DNA of 64,000 nucleotides from Vairimorpha necatrix (Eukaryota): NCBI GenBank assembly GCA_036630325.1, contig CP142730.1, positions 248,001 to 312,000 of the forward strand, read 5' to 3'. Shown piece by piece: positions 25,886 to 38,300 of this stretch (position 1 is its first letter; each line of letters starts with the position of its first letter). The notes under the pieces were generated by a model. It saw only the letters and a program-made list of their open reading frames with translations, ran no database searches and was not told where the DNA came from. The position numbers and the translations under genes were made by a program.

Positions 25886-28865
25886 GTAGTATCCCGAGGA
25901 AGCCCACCCGGTTAAAAAAAGTATTCTATGTTGAAAGTATAACATGTTAAATGTCATACAATTATTTATGAAATGACATTCGACACAAGATATTTGACAT
26001 ATGACATTTGGACTACAAATTCAGTAAATAAATAACCCCATGTTTTAATAATAACAGTTTGGCGACAACGGCAAACAAAAAAAAACTTTTAGAAATAGCA
26101 GAGAGGATGATTCCGATGCCTTTTTGGCATACGTAAGGGGATGGGCAACGATAGCCAATTGTGGTGAAGAAGGGAAAATCTTTTTCTTTAGAGACCACTT
26201 GGCGGGGAAGCAACAATTTGGGCTGAATCAGTGCCATGGAGCTGTGGATTTAAAGAGCTATGTGAGGCATTCTTAAGAAGATTTAAAGGAAGACTAAGCA
26301 GCGTCGGACACATAAAAAATCTGGCAAGATGTTTACACACGGAAGGGTCATTCTTACTTTATCTTGATCAAATGAAGCGGCTAGCAATGAAAGCTGCTCT
26401 CCCAGACAATGTGTTGATTGCTTTCGTATTGAATGGACTGCCCGAAGATATTGGAGGCATGTTACTCATGAATACTTCGGCGGAAGTCACTTGGAACTAT
26501 ATTTATAATGCATGTGAAGGATTGGATTGCAGCAGAAGGTCGAGATCTTACAGGATGTTACCAGAAAGGCCTCAGGAGAATCAGATGGAAGTTTGCAAAG
26601 TGCAAAATAATAAGGAATGCTGGTACTGCGGTAGAAAGGGACATTTCAAGAAAGACTTCCAAAACAAAAACGGGAACGAAATAGTAGGATAATTAGGGAA
26701 ATTGTAAGTTCTTTTGAAGTTAATGACGTACTTGACGACAATAAAACTCTTAATTTCTATAATTGTGTTCGATCCCTTGGGGACACGTGTACTAAAGACC
26801 TTACAGTCTTAGTTAATATCGGACATTTTAAAATACAAGCACTAGTCGACTCTGGAGCATGTGTAAATTTATTTAAAGGAAAATTTGTAAGGAATAAGGC
26901 ATTAGAACCGGCAAGAAACCTCATCTCAGCCAATGGTAAAGAAATTAAGACTTTAGGTGTGATAAAACAAAAGTTTATGATGGGAGAGAAAGTTTTCGAA
27001 AAAAACTTTGTGTTAACGAATGATATAACTTCTAACATGATCATTGACTTAACTTCCACAGAAAACACAATGTTAAGATTAATTTTGGTAAAGATTGAAA
27101 AATCGAATGGACAGAAGAGAATACTGAAAATAATAAGCTCGGAGAACATAAAATTATCACACAAGACCTTCCTCCAATAACAAGTGCCTGTTACAGACTA
27201 GGGCTGGAAGCAGAAAAAGAAGCAAAGAAGATTGTCCAACAGTACTTAAGAGAGGGCATTATAAGGGAATCTAATAGCCCGTGGCGAAGCCCAGTAGTAC
27301 TTGCAAAGAAAAAAAGTGGTAACTATAGACTATGCGTTGATTACAGAAAACTCAATGAAATTACCATCAAAGACTCTTATACTATGCCCCGAGTAGATGA
27401 AATATTGGATTCCCTACACGGAGCTACCTTTTTTACTAAACTGGATGCGCTCTCGGGATACCACCAAATCAAAATGAATATAAAGGATATTGAAAAGACT
27501 GCGTTTGCATGCGGAGGCGAACTTTATGAATTCTTATACATGCCCTTTGGTCTTGTAAACGCACCGGCAACGTTCCAAAGAACGATGAACAGAATATTGA
27601 GACCGTATTTAGGAAAATTTGCTATGGCTTATATGAACGATGTTATTATATACAGCAAATCGTTAGAAGAACACAAGGAACATGTCAGGAAAGTGTTAGA
27701 ACTAATATCCTTGGCGGGATTGAAACTTAACGATAAAAAATGCGAATATGAAAAGAGTCAAATTCACATATTGGGCCATGTAGTGGATCACAGAGGAGTA
27801 AGGATCGATTTGGAAAGAATAAAGGCTATTCAAGAACTTAAAATCCCCTAAAATAGAAAAGAGTTAGAATCGTTCTTAGGCACAATCAATTATTGCAGTA
27901 AATTTATAAAAAACTTATCAAAAGAGACGGCATATTTATATGGGTTTATAAAGAAGAACTCAGACGTTGACTGGAAAAAGATTGTCATCGAAAATAAATA
28001 CGTAAAAGCTATCGAAGTGTTAAAAGAAAACATCGGACAAACTCAAATACTTGCAATGCCGAATTTAAACGAAAGATTTATTTTAACTACTGATGCTTCA
28101 GACCTTGGATCAGGAGCAATATTATCACAGATACAGGAAGGAAAAGAAAGAGTCATAAGTTATTATTCGAAAGTTCATTCAAAGGCAATAAAAAACTATT
28201 CGACAACCGAGAAAGAGTTACTGGCGGTGATTAAAGCAATCGATCATTATAGACATTATCTCATAGGAATCAAATTTCTGCTTAAAACAGACCATAGTGC
28301 CATAAAGTATCTGTTTAAGAGTACAAACATGAAAACAAAGTTTGCAAGGTGGGCGTTATACTTGCAGGAATACGATATGGAGATCGAGCATATCAAAGGG
28401 GAGAATAACCCAAGTGACTGCCTGAGTAGAATGATGGGCGAAACAATTAACAACGTAAAGGAACAAAGGAATGTGACAGAGTTGGTGCAAGAAACGCACG
28501 ATCGTTTAGCCTACGGATCAAAGAAAGCAATGATGTACGCTTTACGAGGAACGAAAATAAAAAATTTAGATAGGGAAGTGGAAAACGTAATAAGAAGATG
28601 TCTCCAATGTCGGCAAATGGGATCATACTATATAAGTGAGGTCGTGCACAGGGATGTGTCCCGTCCTGAGGTAGTTCTCTAGGATGCTGTGGCACTTGGA
28701 TACATCGATCCCTGTAATATAATCCTTAGTTGGAAAAGATTTATTTATTTTCTCTTGATTGCTCTTGAAAGGCATGGGGTTAAAAAATTATTTCTTTAAA
28801 TATTTTTGAGGAACAAAATATTTGAAAGATAATTTTACGTGTGGTAATACCACATTCTGCCTCTC

Positions 28866-29744
28866 CTATAATTTGACGTCCATTATGTGCGTCATGTGGC
28901 GGTCTCCTTCTAGTCTAATCCACCTTCCCTTCCGTCCTATCTCCGTGACTCGTTTCTTCCTTTTAAATTTCTTACCTAATTTTTTGGCGTGATGGTCTTT
29001 GGCATATACTAAATCTCCTATGTTGACTTTGCATGGTGGAATGATGTATGGTCGCGATTTTACCGTGGTTTTGTTGTGTAGGGGATCGAATACAGAGAAC
29101 TGCTTGATGGCTGCAAGGGGCGATGTTCCTATGGTGCGATTATGGTTCATGTTTATTGTATCCTCGATGTCGGCGAGGATTGGCCGAATGTTTCTTTTCT
29201 TGTTTATTGCTAAGATAAACGCAATGGTTTTGTTTAAAGATTCAGATATTCCATTGGATCTCGGACTGTAGGTTGGAATTAGTGTATGAGTGATCTTTGC
29301 ATTGTCTAAGTATGTTTTAAGTTCTCTACCAATGTACTGTTTTCCGTTATCAGATATGATTTGTTTTGGTTTGCCGTAATCTCTTTCCCACTGGGTTAAG
29401 GCCTCTATGACTTTACTTGCTCCAACATTGTAATAGAAGTATAATCTTGTAAATCTAGAATATATGTCTGTGATGGACAAGATATATCCTGCCTCCTTTT
29501 TCCCCTTATGAATGTAGTCATTTAATTTAAAAGGTCCGAAAATGTCGCTGCTTATTTTTTCAAATTTATGGTTGGCAGATATATGGGGTCCTTTAGTCTC
29601 TATTCCGTTATTTCGTGGTTTATATCTTTTACAAGTTTCACATTTTGATATTATATCCTTTAAGTTTTGAATGATGTTTTTTACGTAGACTATATTTTTC
29701 AAGTTGTTATACATCGTGGTAATGCCCCGATGACCAAATAACAC
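28866..29744 (-). CDS. Gypsy integrase, separated from pol by a 1-nt frameshift
   Basis: GHRG..CETC zinc motif, SDIFGP, ISDNGKQY. Confidence 0.9.
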   Translation of the reverse strand: MLFGHRGITTMYNNLKNIVYVKNIIQNLKDIISKCETCKRYKPRNNGIETKGPHISANHKFEKISSDIFGPFKLNDYIHKGKKEAGYILSITDIYSRFTRLYFYYNVGASKVIEALTQWERDYGKPKQIISDNGKQYIGRELKTYLDNAKITHTLIPTYSPRSNGISESLNKTIAFILAINKKRNIRPILADIEDTINMNHNRTIGTSPLAAIKQFSVFDPLHNKTTVKSRPYIIPPCKVNIGDLVYAKDHHAKKLGKKFKRKKRVTEIGRKGRWIRLEGDRHMTHIMDVKL

Positions 29745-29755
29745 GTGATTGTTCT

Positions 29756-32245
29756 TTAAAACAATTTTGTTTCGGCATCCTTTAGGATGATTCTACCCTT
29801 TGAATCCAGTAAATATTCTCCGTCTCTGTAGTGGCTTGCCTTTTGCAAACTTGCGATGTATTCTTTTATTTTAGGGGTTTCCTCTTCAGTGATTGCAAAG
29901 CATCTTGATAAGTTGTCGGCTATTACGTTTTCTTTGCCATCTACGTGAAAAAGGTCGTAATCAAATTCATTCATGTTTAGCTTCCATCTTAGTATTCTTG
30001 AAGTTTCTTTATTGCATCCCATTACACAGTTTTTACTGTCTGTGTAGACTTCTATGTAAGACCCCTGTGTAATTTTTCTAAAGTGAATCATTGATAGCAA
30101 TATTGAGAGATACTCTTTTTCTACTATTGTATAATTAAGTTCCGGTCCTCCAAATTTTTTGCTATAATAGCCTATGATTCTATCTTCTTGGTATAATACA
30201 CTTCCCATTCCCAACTCACTAGCATCGCAGTTGAGTTTAAATTTCTTTTTAAAGTTGGGAAAACATAATTTATGATTTTGGCGGATATAAAGTTTCATCC
30301 TTTCAATCTCTAATTTCATTTCTTGGGTGAGTGCTTTGTTTTTGTTTTCTTTCTTTAGTAGATCACTAATTGCATGTAGTTTCATTGACAAATCAGGTAG
30401 AAATTTCCTGTACCAGTTCATGACTCCTAATAGTTTTTGTACATCTTTTAGTGTTTTGATTTCCTTGTAGAAGATTTTGTTTTCTAGATAAGACTGTTTT
30501 GGGTAAATTCCATCACCTTTTACGACGTATCCTAATACTTCTACTTCTGATTGAAAGAATTTTGATTTTTCAAAATTAATTTTAATGTGGTGTTCAAATA
30601 GTCGTTGAAGTACTTGTAATAGGGTCGCAGTATGTTCTTCTTTGGTCTTGTTGAAAATAATTATGTCGTCAATGTACACAAAGATGTTACTTATTTCTTC
30701 TAGCATGTTTGAGATTTTTCTTTGGAAGATCTTCGGCCCCGGTTTTATCCCAAAAGGTATTCTTTTATATTGGTATTGTTTTCCTAACAAGAAAAATGAC
30801 GTGTACTTTTTGCTATTTTCTTCTAAAAGAATTTGGTTAAACCCATTTTTTAAATCAATTTGACTAAAATATAAATTTTCTCCCATGAGTGTAATTGAGT
30901 CTTCAATGTTTGGAATGTTCCATATGTCGTCTCCAATGTATTTGTTTATCTCTCGATAATCTACGACCAGTCGTAGTTCATTAGTCTTCTTTTTTTCCTT
31001 GAAAAAGGCCGGACTCGTGATATGTGATTCGCTTTTCTCTATTATGTTTTCTTTAAGTAGTCTATTTACTTCGTCTTTTGCCTTTTCCAGAAATTTAAAC
31101 GGAACGCTGTAATTTTTTGGCTTCATATTTTTCGGTTCCTTTATTATTTTAAACTCTACTTTTAAGTTGTTAATGTGACTAAAATTGTTGTTGTTCTGTT
31201 GGTAAAACTTTAAATATTTAATTATTTCATCTTCTTGAACGACACTACATATATTGTCCATTAACCTATCCTCTAGTATTTCGTCGATGTTTTTTCTCGC
31301 ATTTTTTAGAACTACGATGTCGTTATCCAACACGATTGTACGATCCTTATAATTTAAAATAGCATTGTATGAAGTAAGAAATTCGTTTCCTAACAAAAAT
31401 TCTATCGGTGCATTGTCTAATATCTTAAAGTTAATATGGTAATTTTTTCTGTTTGGTAGAGTGACGTTGATTAAAGCTTGTTTGCTTATGATCCTGTGAG
31501 TACCATCTCCAAATATAGTTCTTAGTGGCTTGCAGTCCTCTACTGATAGATCAAGGCTTTTTATTACATCACTTCGTACATAGTTGCGGTGTGATCCAGA
31601 ATCGATTAATAGATTTATGTTGTTTCCTTGGGTAGTACCTTCTAATATCAGTTCTAAGGGTTCATGTTCGTTCTCTTCACGTAATATCATTGTTTTGTTT
31701 TCTTTTTCCTTAATGCCTTTATTGTTGTTAAGGAAATAGCAATCTTTACTATTGTGGGTATTATTCCTATGGTGAGTGCACCATTTAGTACTTGAGAGTG
31801 GAGCTTTAGTTTGGGGGGTTTTTTGAGGTAGCATCATTTTCTTACTTCTCTCACTATGCACTAAGAGTCCCGATTCTATTCTTTCTAGGTGAAGAATGAT
31901 CTCTCGTAGTGTTTTATTGTGTATCCCGGCTTTATATAGTTCCATGTCGGTATATGGCTCTAACCCTCGTAAGAAGATTTCTTCTGTTCTTCTATCAGTT
32001 TCGACTTTGCTCATGTGTCCCAGAAAGCTATACACCTCGAGATCTTTGGTTATCTTATTGAAGTATTCTTTCACAGTTCTGAAGTTACTCTGCTTGATGT
32101 TCTCCAGTTTATTTAGGTATAGTCTTTTGTTTTCAAGGGGATACTTGATAGCAAGTAATTCCTTTTTCAGTTGCAAGTATGAAGTACTGTCTAGTTCCTC
32201 CTTATAGTATTCATCTAGTATGAGGCTATAAGCAATTAGTCCCAT
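29756..32245 (-). CDS. Gypsy gag-protease-RT-RNase H polyprotein
   Basis: WCTHHRNNTHNSKDC, LIDSGS, YIDD, CDAS. The same frame extends upstream to ATG 32590 past one TAG. Confidence 0.93.
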   Translation of the reverse strand: MGLIAYSLILDEYYKEELDSTSYLQLKKELLAIKYPLENKRLYLNKLENIKQSNFRTVKEYFNKITKDLEVYSFLGHMSKVETDRRTEEIFLRGLEPYTDMELYKAGIHNKTLREIILHLERIESGLLVHSERSKKMMLPQKTPQTKAPLSSTKWCTHHRNNTHNSKDCYFLNNNKGIKEKENKTMILREENEHEPLELILEGTTQGNNINLLIDSGSHRNYVRSDVIKSLDLSVEDCKPLRTIFGDGTHRIISKQALINVTLPNRKNYHINFKILDNAPIEFLLGNEFLTSYNAILNYKDRTIVLDNDIVVLKNARKNIDEILEDRLMDNICSVVQEDEIIKYLKFYQQNNNNFSHINNLKVEFKIIKEPKNMKPKNYSVPFKFLEKAKDEVNRLLKENIIEKSESHITSPAFFKEKKKTNELRLVVDYREINKYIGDDIWNIPNIEDSITLMGENLYFSQIDLKNGFNQILLEENSKKYTSFFLLGKQYQYKRIPFGIKPGPKIFQRKISNMLEEISNIFVYIDDIIIFNKTKEEHTATLLQVLQRLFEHHIKINFEKSKFFQSEVEVLGYVVKGDGIYPKQSYLENKIFYKEIKTLKDVQKLLGVMNWYRKFLPDLSMKLHAISDLLKKENKNKALTQEMKLEIERMKLYIRQNHKLCFPNFKKKFKLNCDASELGMGSVLYQEDRIIGYYSKKFGGPELNYTIVEKEYLSILLSMIHFRKITQGSYIEVYTDSKNCVMGCNKETSRILRWKLNMNEFDYDLFHVDGKENVIADNLSRCFAITEEETPKIKEYIASLQKASHYRDGEYLLDSKGRIILKDAETKLF

Positions 32246-34351
32246 CTGTGAGTCATTCCAGCTATTACATTTAGATAAGTGTTCAAATCTTTTAAACCAT
32301 GAAAGCTCTAATTCTTGTCGTACGTCAAAGATTTTCTAAATTCTTTCTTGAATTTTTTCTTCAGTTCCAAGAACCTGCATGGTGAACTGGGCGTATTCAT
32401 CACTTCTGTGTTTATCTGAGTTGTTTGCACTTGTTGTCGTTGAATTCAACTTGAGGTCGTGCACAGGGATGTGTCCCGTCCTGAGGTAGTTCTCTAGGAT
32501 GCTGTGGCACTTGGATACATCGATCCCTGTAATATAATCCTTAGTTGGAAAAGATTTATTTATTTTCTCTTGATTGCTCTTGAAAGGCATGGGGTTAAAA
32601 AATTATTTCTTTAAATATTTTTGAGGAACAAAATATTTGAAAGATAATTTTACGTGTGGTAATACCACAATAAGAAAAAATATTATTTCAGTTAATTCAT
32701 CTAAACCAAACGAGATATGGGAATTCGACATAGTAGGTCTACTCCCCCCAAGCCAACGGGGATATAGGTATATATTAACGATAATCGGCCACTTTTCAAA
32801 GGTCGCAAACGTAATTCCGTTACGATCAAAGGATGCAGGCGAAACGCGAAGAGGAATCGAAGAAACCATTTCTTAGTACGGAGTTCTAGAGATTATTATT
32901 TCGGATAATGGAAAGGAATTCGTAAATCATAGCATGAAAGAATTATCTATGAAATACAAGATCGAATGGAGGCTAGGTGCCCCTTACTCGCCGACGACTA
33001 CGGGATTAGTAGAGAGATTTAATCGGACGTACGTAGAGAAGATGAAAAAAGTATCGAATTTTGGAAGGATGGACTGGGTAAAGTACATAGGTAAGACTTT
33101 GGACGGGTACCTTAACTCATTCCACCGCGGGATAGGCTGCTCACCTCGGGAAATGTGGTCAAATAAAAGAATGTCAAAGCAGCAAAGGCATTATATAAAA
33201 CGTTACAAAACAAGTTATTGTAAAGGTAAAAAAAGTCGGACTCAAGAGGAAATTCAAGTGGGGGATAAAATACTCTATCACCACCCAATCGGGAAAGAAC
33301 ATAAATTGGAAGCGGATTATACTTTTAGCGGAACTGTTATTTCTAAGAAATTTGGATCGGCCGAAATAAAGTTAGCAAATGGGAAAATAATAACCTCGAG
33401 TTTAAGAACTTAAGGAAGTATATTTTTTGAAAGGGGGAAGAGTGTTGAAAGTATAACATGTCAAATGTCATACAATTATTTTCAAATGACATTCGACACA
33501 AGATATTTGACATGTGACATTTGGACTATAAATTCAGTAAATAAATAACTCCATGTTTTCTAATAACAGTTTTGCGTACAACATTCTAATATACTTTTTA
33601 TAAATTCCTTTTTATTAGTGTGCGTCTCTCTTGGCTCTCTACCATTCTGTGATGTACATTGCTACATCACATGAACAGAAGTCAAACATGTCAAGCATTT
33701 CAAGATGAGTCACACAAACAAACGAAAGTTGCATGGTCGTTACTACATTCGTAGTACGCCAATGTTTGTAGTTTAGTGTTGACAACAACCTTTAAATTAA
33801 AAATAAACTATAAAAGAAATATTGCTGAGAAGGGGATGCGGAAATGATTAGAGAAGATTCATTAAACAATCAGAACAAATATCATAATAAACATAATAAA
33901 ACTATTAACATTAACAATTATTTAGAACAATATTACTATGGTAACCGGTGTAAGGTGAAGAGTGAGCTGAGTAGTTAAAAGAGTTGTTTCTGTTGAAAAC
34001 CATATTTATTTACAAAATTTTCTCTTTTATATTTTATTATGAAACTATTGTTTTAGATTATTGATGAGAATCTTGAGTTTCAACATGAAACTGTTTAAAA
34101 GCTGATTATTGGTTACATTGCTGATTACTAGGTGGTAGTCTACCACAGGTTTCCCCCTGTCGAGAGGGTCTAAGTCGTTTTATATTGATCCACTGTAACT
34201 TGTCGATTTTATCTACCAATACTGTATTGTTGTTCGCTTTCACGTCCATAATTAAAAAGGGTCCTAACCAATGAGGGTCTAACTTCGTCCTAAATATATT
34301 TTTTTCATAAGCGTAATTTCCAATTTTAAATTTAAATTGTGTTTGCCGTTT

Positions 34352-35224
34352 TTAATTTAATATAATATTATTTTTCTTCGCTTCTGTAATTGCTATCCGG
34401 TTTACATTTTCCTCGCTGCAATTTAAAGGTCTTTGAATTGGGTCAAAGATACTATGGTTGTTAATTATTTCGTTTGGCGGAAATCCGACTGATCGGTTGT
34501 GACTGTTATTTATTCCCTTCTGAATCTTGTGAATCACATCACTAATATTATTGCCCAAATTGCATCGTAGTCCTAATCCGATGAGTTGGTTTGTTCTTTC
34601 TGTTATGCTGTTAGAAGTAGGGTTGTAGGTTGATGTCATTTTATGCTTAATGTGATACCTTTGGCAAAATCTTTCAAATTCACTTGAAGTATACTGACGT
34701 CCTTGATCAGTAAGTATACTCGATGGTGGTCCGAATTCTTTGATCCATTTTGATTCTATTTCTTTAACCACCTTTTCCCCTGTAATAGACAACAGTAAAA
34801 TTAATTTCGTATATCTGCTGTGGCTATCGACTATTGATAGTATATAGCCTTTACCTTCCTCTTGAAAATGACGAAGATCTATCGGTCCATATAAATCCGA
34901 TGCAATGTTTTTTAACTTTGTTGTAGAATGTAGGAAACCTGAAACGTAGCCATAATTTGTTCTCCTAGGTTTATTTATTTCACAAACTCTGCAATTCTTT
35001 ATTACTTCTTCGATGAGACTTCGTAACTGATAAATTTTAAGAAATTTGGCAATTGTACTGTATAACCGAGATATTCCTGCATGATTGAGGAATTCATGAA
35101 TTTCTTTTATGTATTTTTTGGCGTTTCTTTCAGGAACATATATTTTATAATTTGAATGGAGAAGATTGTAATTGTCAAATTGTGTACAGTTTAACCCTAG
35201 ATTATTTTTAATGTGTTGCGGCAC
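34352..35224 (-). CDS. Gypsy integrase (part of 33937-41648)
   Basis: HEFLNHAG..CRVC, ASDLYGP, LTDQGRQY. Confidence 0.9.
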   Translation of the reverse strand: MPQHIKNNLGLNCTQFDNYNLLHSNYKIYVPERNAKKYIKEIHEFLNHAGISRLYSTIAKFLKIYQLRSLIEEVIKNCRVCEINKPRRTNYGYVSGFLHSTTKLKNIASDLYGPIDLRHFQEEGKGYILSIVDSHSRYTKLILLLSITGEKVVKEIESKWIKEFGPPSSILTDQGRQYTSSEFERFCQRYHIKHKMTSTYNPTSNSITERTNQLIGLGLRCNLGNNISDVIHKIQKGINNSHNRSVGFPPNEIINNHSIFDPIQRPLNCSEENVNRIAITEAKKNNIILN

Positions 35225-35302
35225 AGGGTTATCGGTTTGGGCCTTGTATAATGATTTCAGAGTGTAAAAGATGGGAAATTTCGAATTTTTGGTAATCGAT
35301 TG

Positions 35303-38300
35303 TGTTGATATTTATTTTTAAATTTTATAAACCCCTAATTTTGATGAAGGACAACAATAAATCTATTGACATGGTGGAGAATGGGACATCAAAGCCCATA
35401 AATATGGTTATAACAAAACGTAACCTTCTTCAAGAATGTAAGAGACTTGGAATGATGTCTTTCTTCATCAACAAGAATGATGAAGATAAAATTGAGTACA
35501 TCATAGGAAGAGCAGAGTACGCCATTATAGAATGGCATGAGGAGTTTCTAGAGTCGCGAAGAAAGTGCGCTCTAATGTATGAAAAATGGTTAGAGTCCGC
35601 CAAAGAAGTATTTGGTAAGAAAGAGATTTCCCTGGGTGAGATATACCGATTAAACCAGGATGAGAACGAAGGCATTGTAGCCTTTATAGAAAGGGTAAAA
35701 GAAAAGGCTAGTATCTATAAGTTGAGCGATTTAGATATTGTAGACATCATCGCAGAAGGACTGAATGCAGGTAATAGCGATATAAAAAAATATCTATGGT
35801 CAGTTAAATCAATAGGAGCTCGAGAACTCCAGAGAATTCATAGCATGGAAGAAGAAAAGAAAAAAGAGAAACAAGTAGACAAGAAGAACAACATAAATTC
35901 TCTTTTAGAAAGATTAACTGCTTTAAAAATTAACGAAAATTCTAGGTATACAGGATGTTATAAATGCGGACGACGGGGTCATTTCGCTAGGTCATGTCGA
36001 AAGTACCCAGAAAATGTGAGAAATAACGGAAAAGAGACCGATAGATCTAGGAGAATTAATGAGATAAGCGAAGATATTGCAGAAATTTTAAATAAAGAGA
36101 GTTTTATCTATGTTAAAGACGTAAAAGTTGCAGTTTTATTTGACACTGGTGCAAGATATAATTTTATGAGTTACTCAGTGATACAAAGACTATCACTCAT
36201 ACCTAAAGAACTGAATGAGGAAATAAAATTCTGGACCTGTTTGGAAGAACAATTTAGTATTAAACAATATGTTTCACTAGAATTTAAATATAAAAACATT
36301 AAATGTACGGCCGATTTCTATGTCCTCCCAAAGGTTAAATCTGAGAAAATTCTGATAGGAGTAAACACGATAAAGAAGGTGATGAACAAAGATAAATTTA
36401 AATATATTTGTGAAATAAAAACAAAAGAAGGATGTAAGGTTGTGGAAAAGGTATACCCTTTACCAAAAAAGCTAGAAGTTGAAGCGGATAAATCTATAAA
36501 GACACTCATTGAGAAAGGATACATTCGTAAGTCGAATTCCTCCTGGCTAAATAATCTTCGACCAGTAATAAAGCCGGATGGAAAGGTTAGAATAACGACT
36601 AATTTGGTGGCATTGAACAATCTCGTCGAACTGGATCGTTATTCGTTACCAAATATCGACGAAATATTATGCAATTTAAGAGGTATGAAGTTTTTTTCCA
36701 CGATCGACCTGAAAGACGGATTTTTTCAGATACCATTAAGTGTTAGAGATAGACACAAAACAGCATTCCGATACAAGCATGTGCTATATGAGTGGACAGT
36801 AATGCCACAAGGATTTAAAAATAGCCCAGCTATTTTTCAACGATATATGGATCATGTTCTGAATAGTGAGCTCGGTAAGTCATGTTATTGCTATGTGGAC
36901 GACATTCTAGTTTTTGGTAGGAATGAGATAGAACATGACGAGGCATATAAGAGAGTTACAGATATACTTAAACAATATAATATGAATATAAATATGGACA
37001 AATCAATAGTCAAAAAAGAGGAAGTGAAATTTTTGGGCCACAAAATAACCTATAATAAAGTACTACCTTGTGTGAAACGAACACAGGCGCTCGAAGATCT
37101 AGAGCCTCCGAAAGATAAGAAGAAAGTACAGGAATTCCTAGGGCTGATAAATTACTATAGAAAATTCATCCCTAATTGTGCATTAATAGGCGGGCCCCTT
37201 TATGATTTGTTAAAGGGTGATAAGACATTTTACTGGAGAGAAGCAGAAAACAATGCATTCCTAGCCCTCATAAATTCACTTAAACATAGCACAGAATTGA
37301 CACAACCAGATTTTAATAAGCACTTTAAATTAGAGACAGATGCGTCAAACAGTGGGATAGCTGCGATATTATCCCAAGAGTTCGAAGGTGAAGATAAAGC
37401 CGTAGCTTTTGCATCCAGAAGACTGCAGGAAACGGAAATAAAATACAGCATAAGTGAAAAGGAATGCCTAGCAATACTATGGGGCATGGAACATTTTAAG
37501 TATTTTTTGTATGGTACTGATTTTGAAGTCATAACGGACCATAAAGCCCTAGAGGCACTAAATAAAGGAGAAATAAAGTCATTAAGAATACAAAGATGGT
37601 TGGAGAGAATTGCTAATTTTAGTTTTAAAATAAAGTATAAAAAAGGAAAGGAGATACCACACGTAGACTGTCTGAGCCGAAACCCTACCAATTGTTCAGC
37701 AGAAATTAGCCCTCTCCCACAATTAGATTCACAGCCTACGATAAATGAAGTTGAAAGAACAGTTTGCCTTGAAGAACAGATAGAGCAAATCCATAAAGAG
37801 CTCTTGCATAGAGGGATACAATCTATGAAGTATGAAATCGAGAAAAGGGGGTTTAAGGTAAAAAACGTGGAAGAAGTGATAAGAAAGGTTATTAAAAGAT
37901 GCACTATTTGTGCAAAATATAATCCAAAAAAGGACAGAAGATTCTTATATGTAACAGCATACGAGAAGGGGGAGAAGGTTGCCATTGATATTATTGGCCC
38001 TATTAATAACCAATACATTATCACCGGAATTGATTATTTTACAAGATACGGATTTGCTAAGATAATTAAATCGCGTGAAACCTCAAAAGTCGCAGAATTT
38101 ATTAAAGAGATCAATGAAAAGTTAAAGATAAAAACATTAATTCTAGATCAATCTAAAGAAAATTTGGGAAATGCAGTTAAAAATTTATGTGCCGACAAAA
38201 ATATTAGTCTGCATTATACCTCACCATTCCATCATCAATCAAATGGAAGGGTAGAGCGTTTTAACAGGACTTTACAGGACCTTATTTATAAGAATATTAC

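Larger units (their letters stand above)
28637..32669 (-). mobile_element. young full-length Ty3/Gypsy element with identical 218-bp LTRs
   Basis: LTRs 28637-28854 and 32452-32669; perfect TSD ATAAG; PPT GGAGAGGCAGAA; palindrome in place of a PBS. Confidence 0.97.
25929..33583 (+). mobile_element. degenerate full-length Ty3/Gypsy element, LTRs about 141 bp
   Basis: LTRs 25929 to about 26070 and 33443-33583; TSD TTCTA; tRNA-Ser-type PBS TGGCGACAAC; PPT GAAAGGGGGAAGAG; gag 26231-26692, protease LVDSGA, RT 27384-27851, RNase H from 28017, integrase 32675-33413. Confidence 0.93.

Noticed and set aside
37230-38024. 264-aa antisense ORF and similar shadow ORFs opposite pol genes
   Set aside because: No motifs; expected from codon bias on the coding strand.
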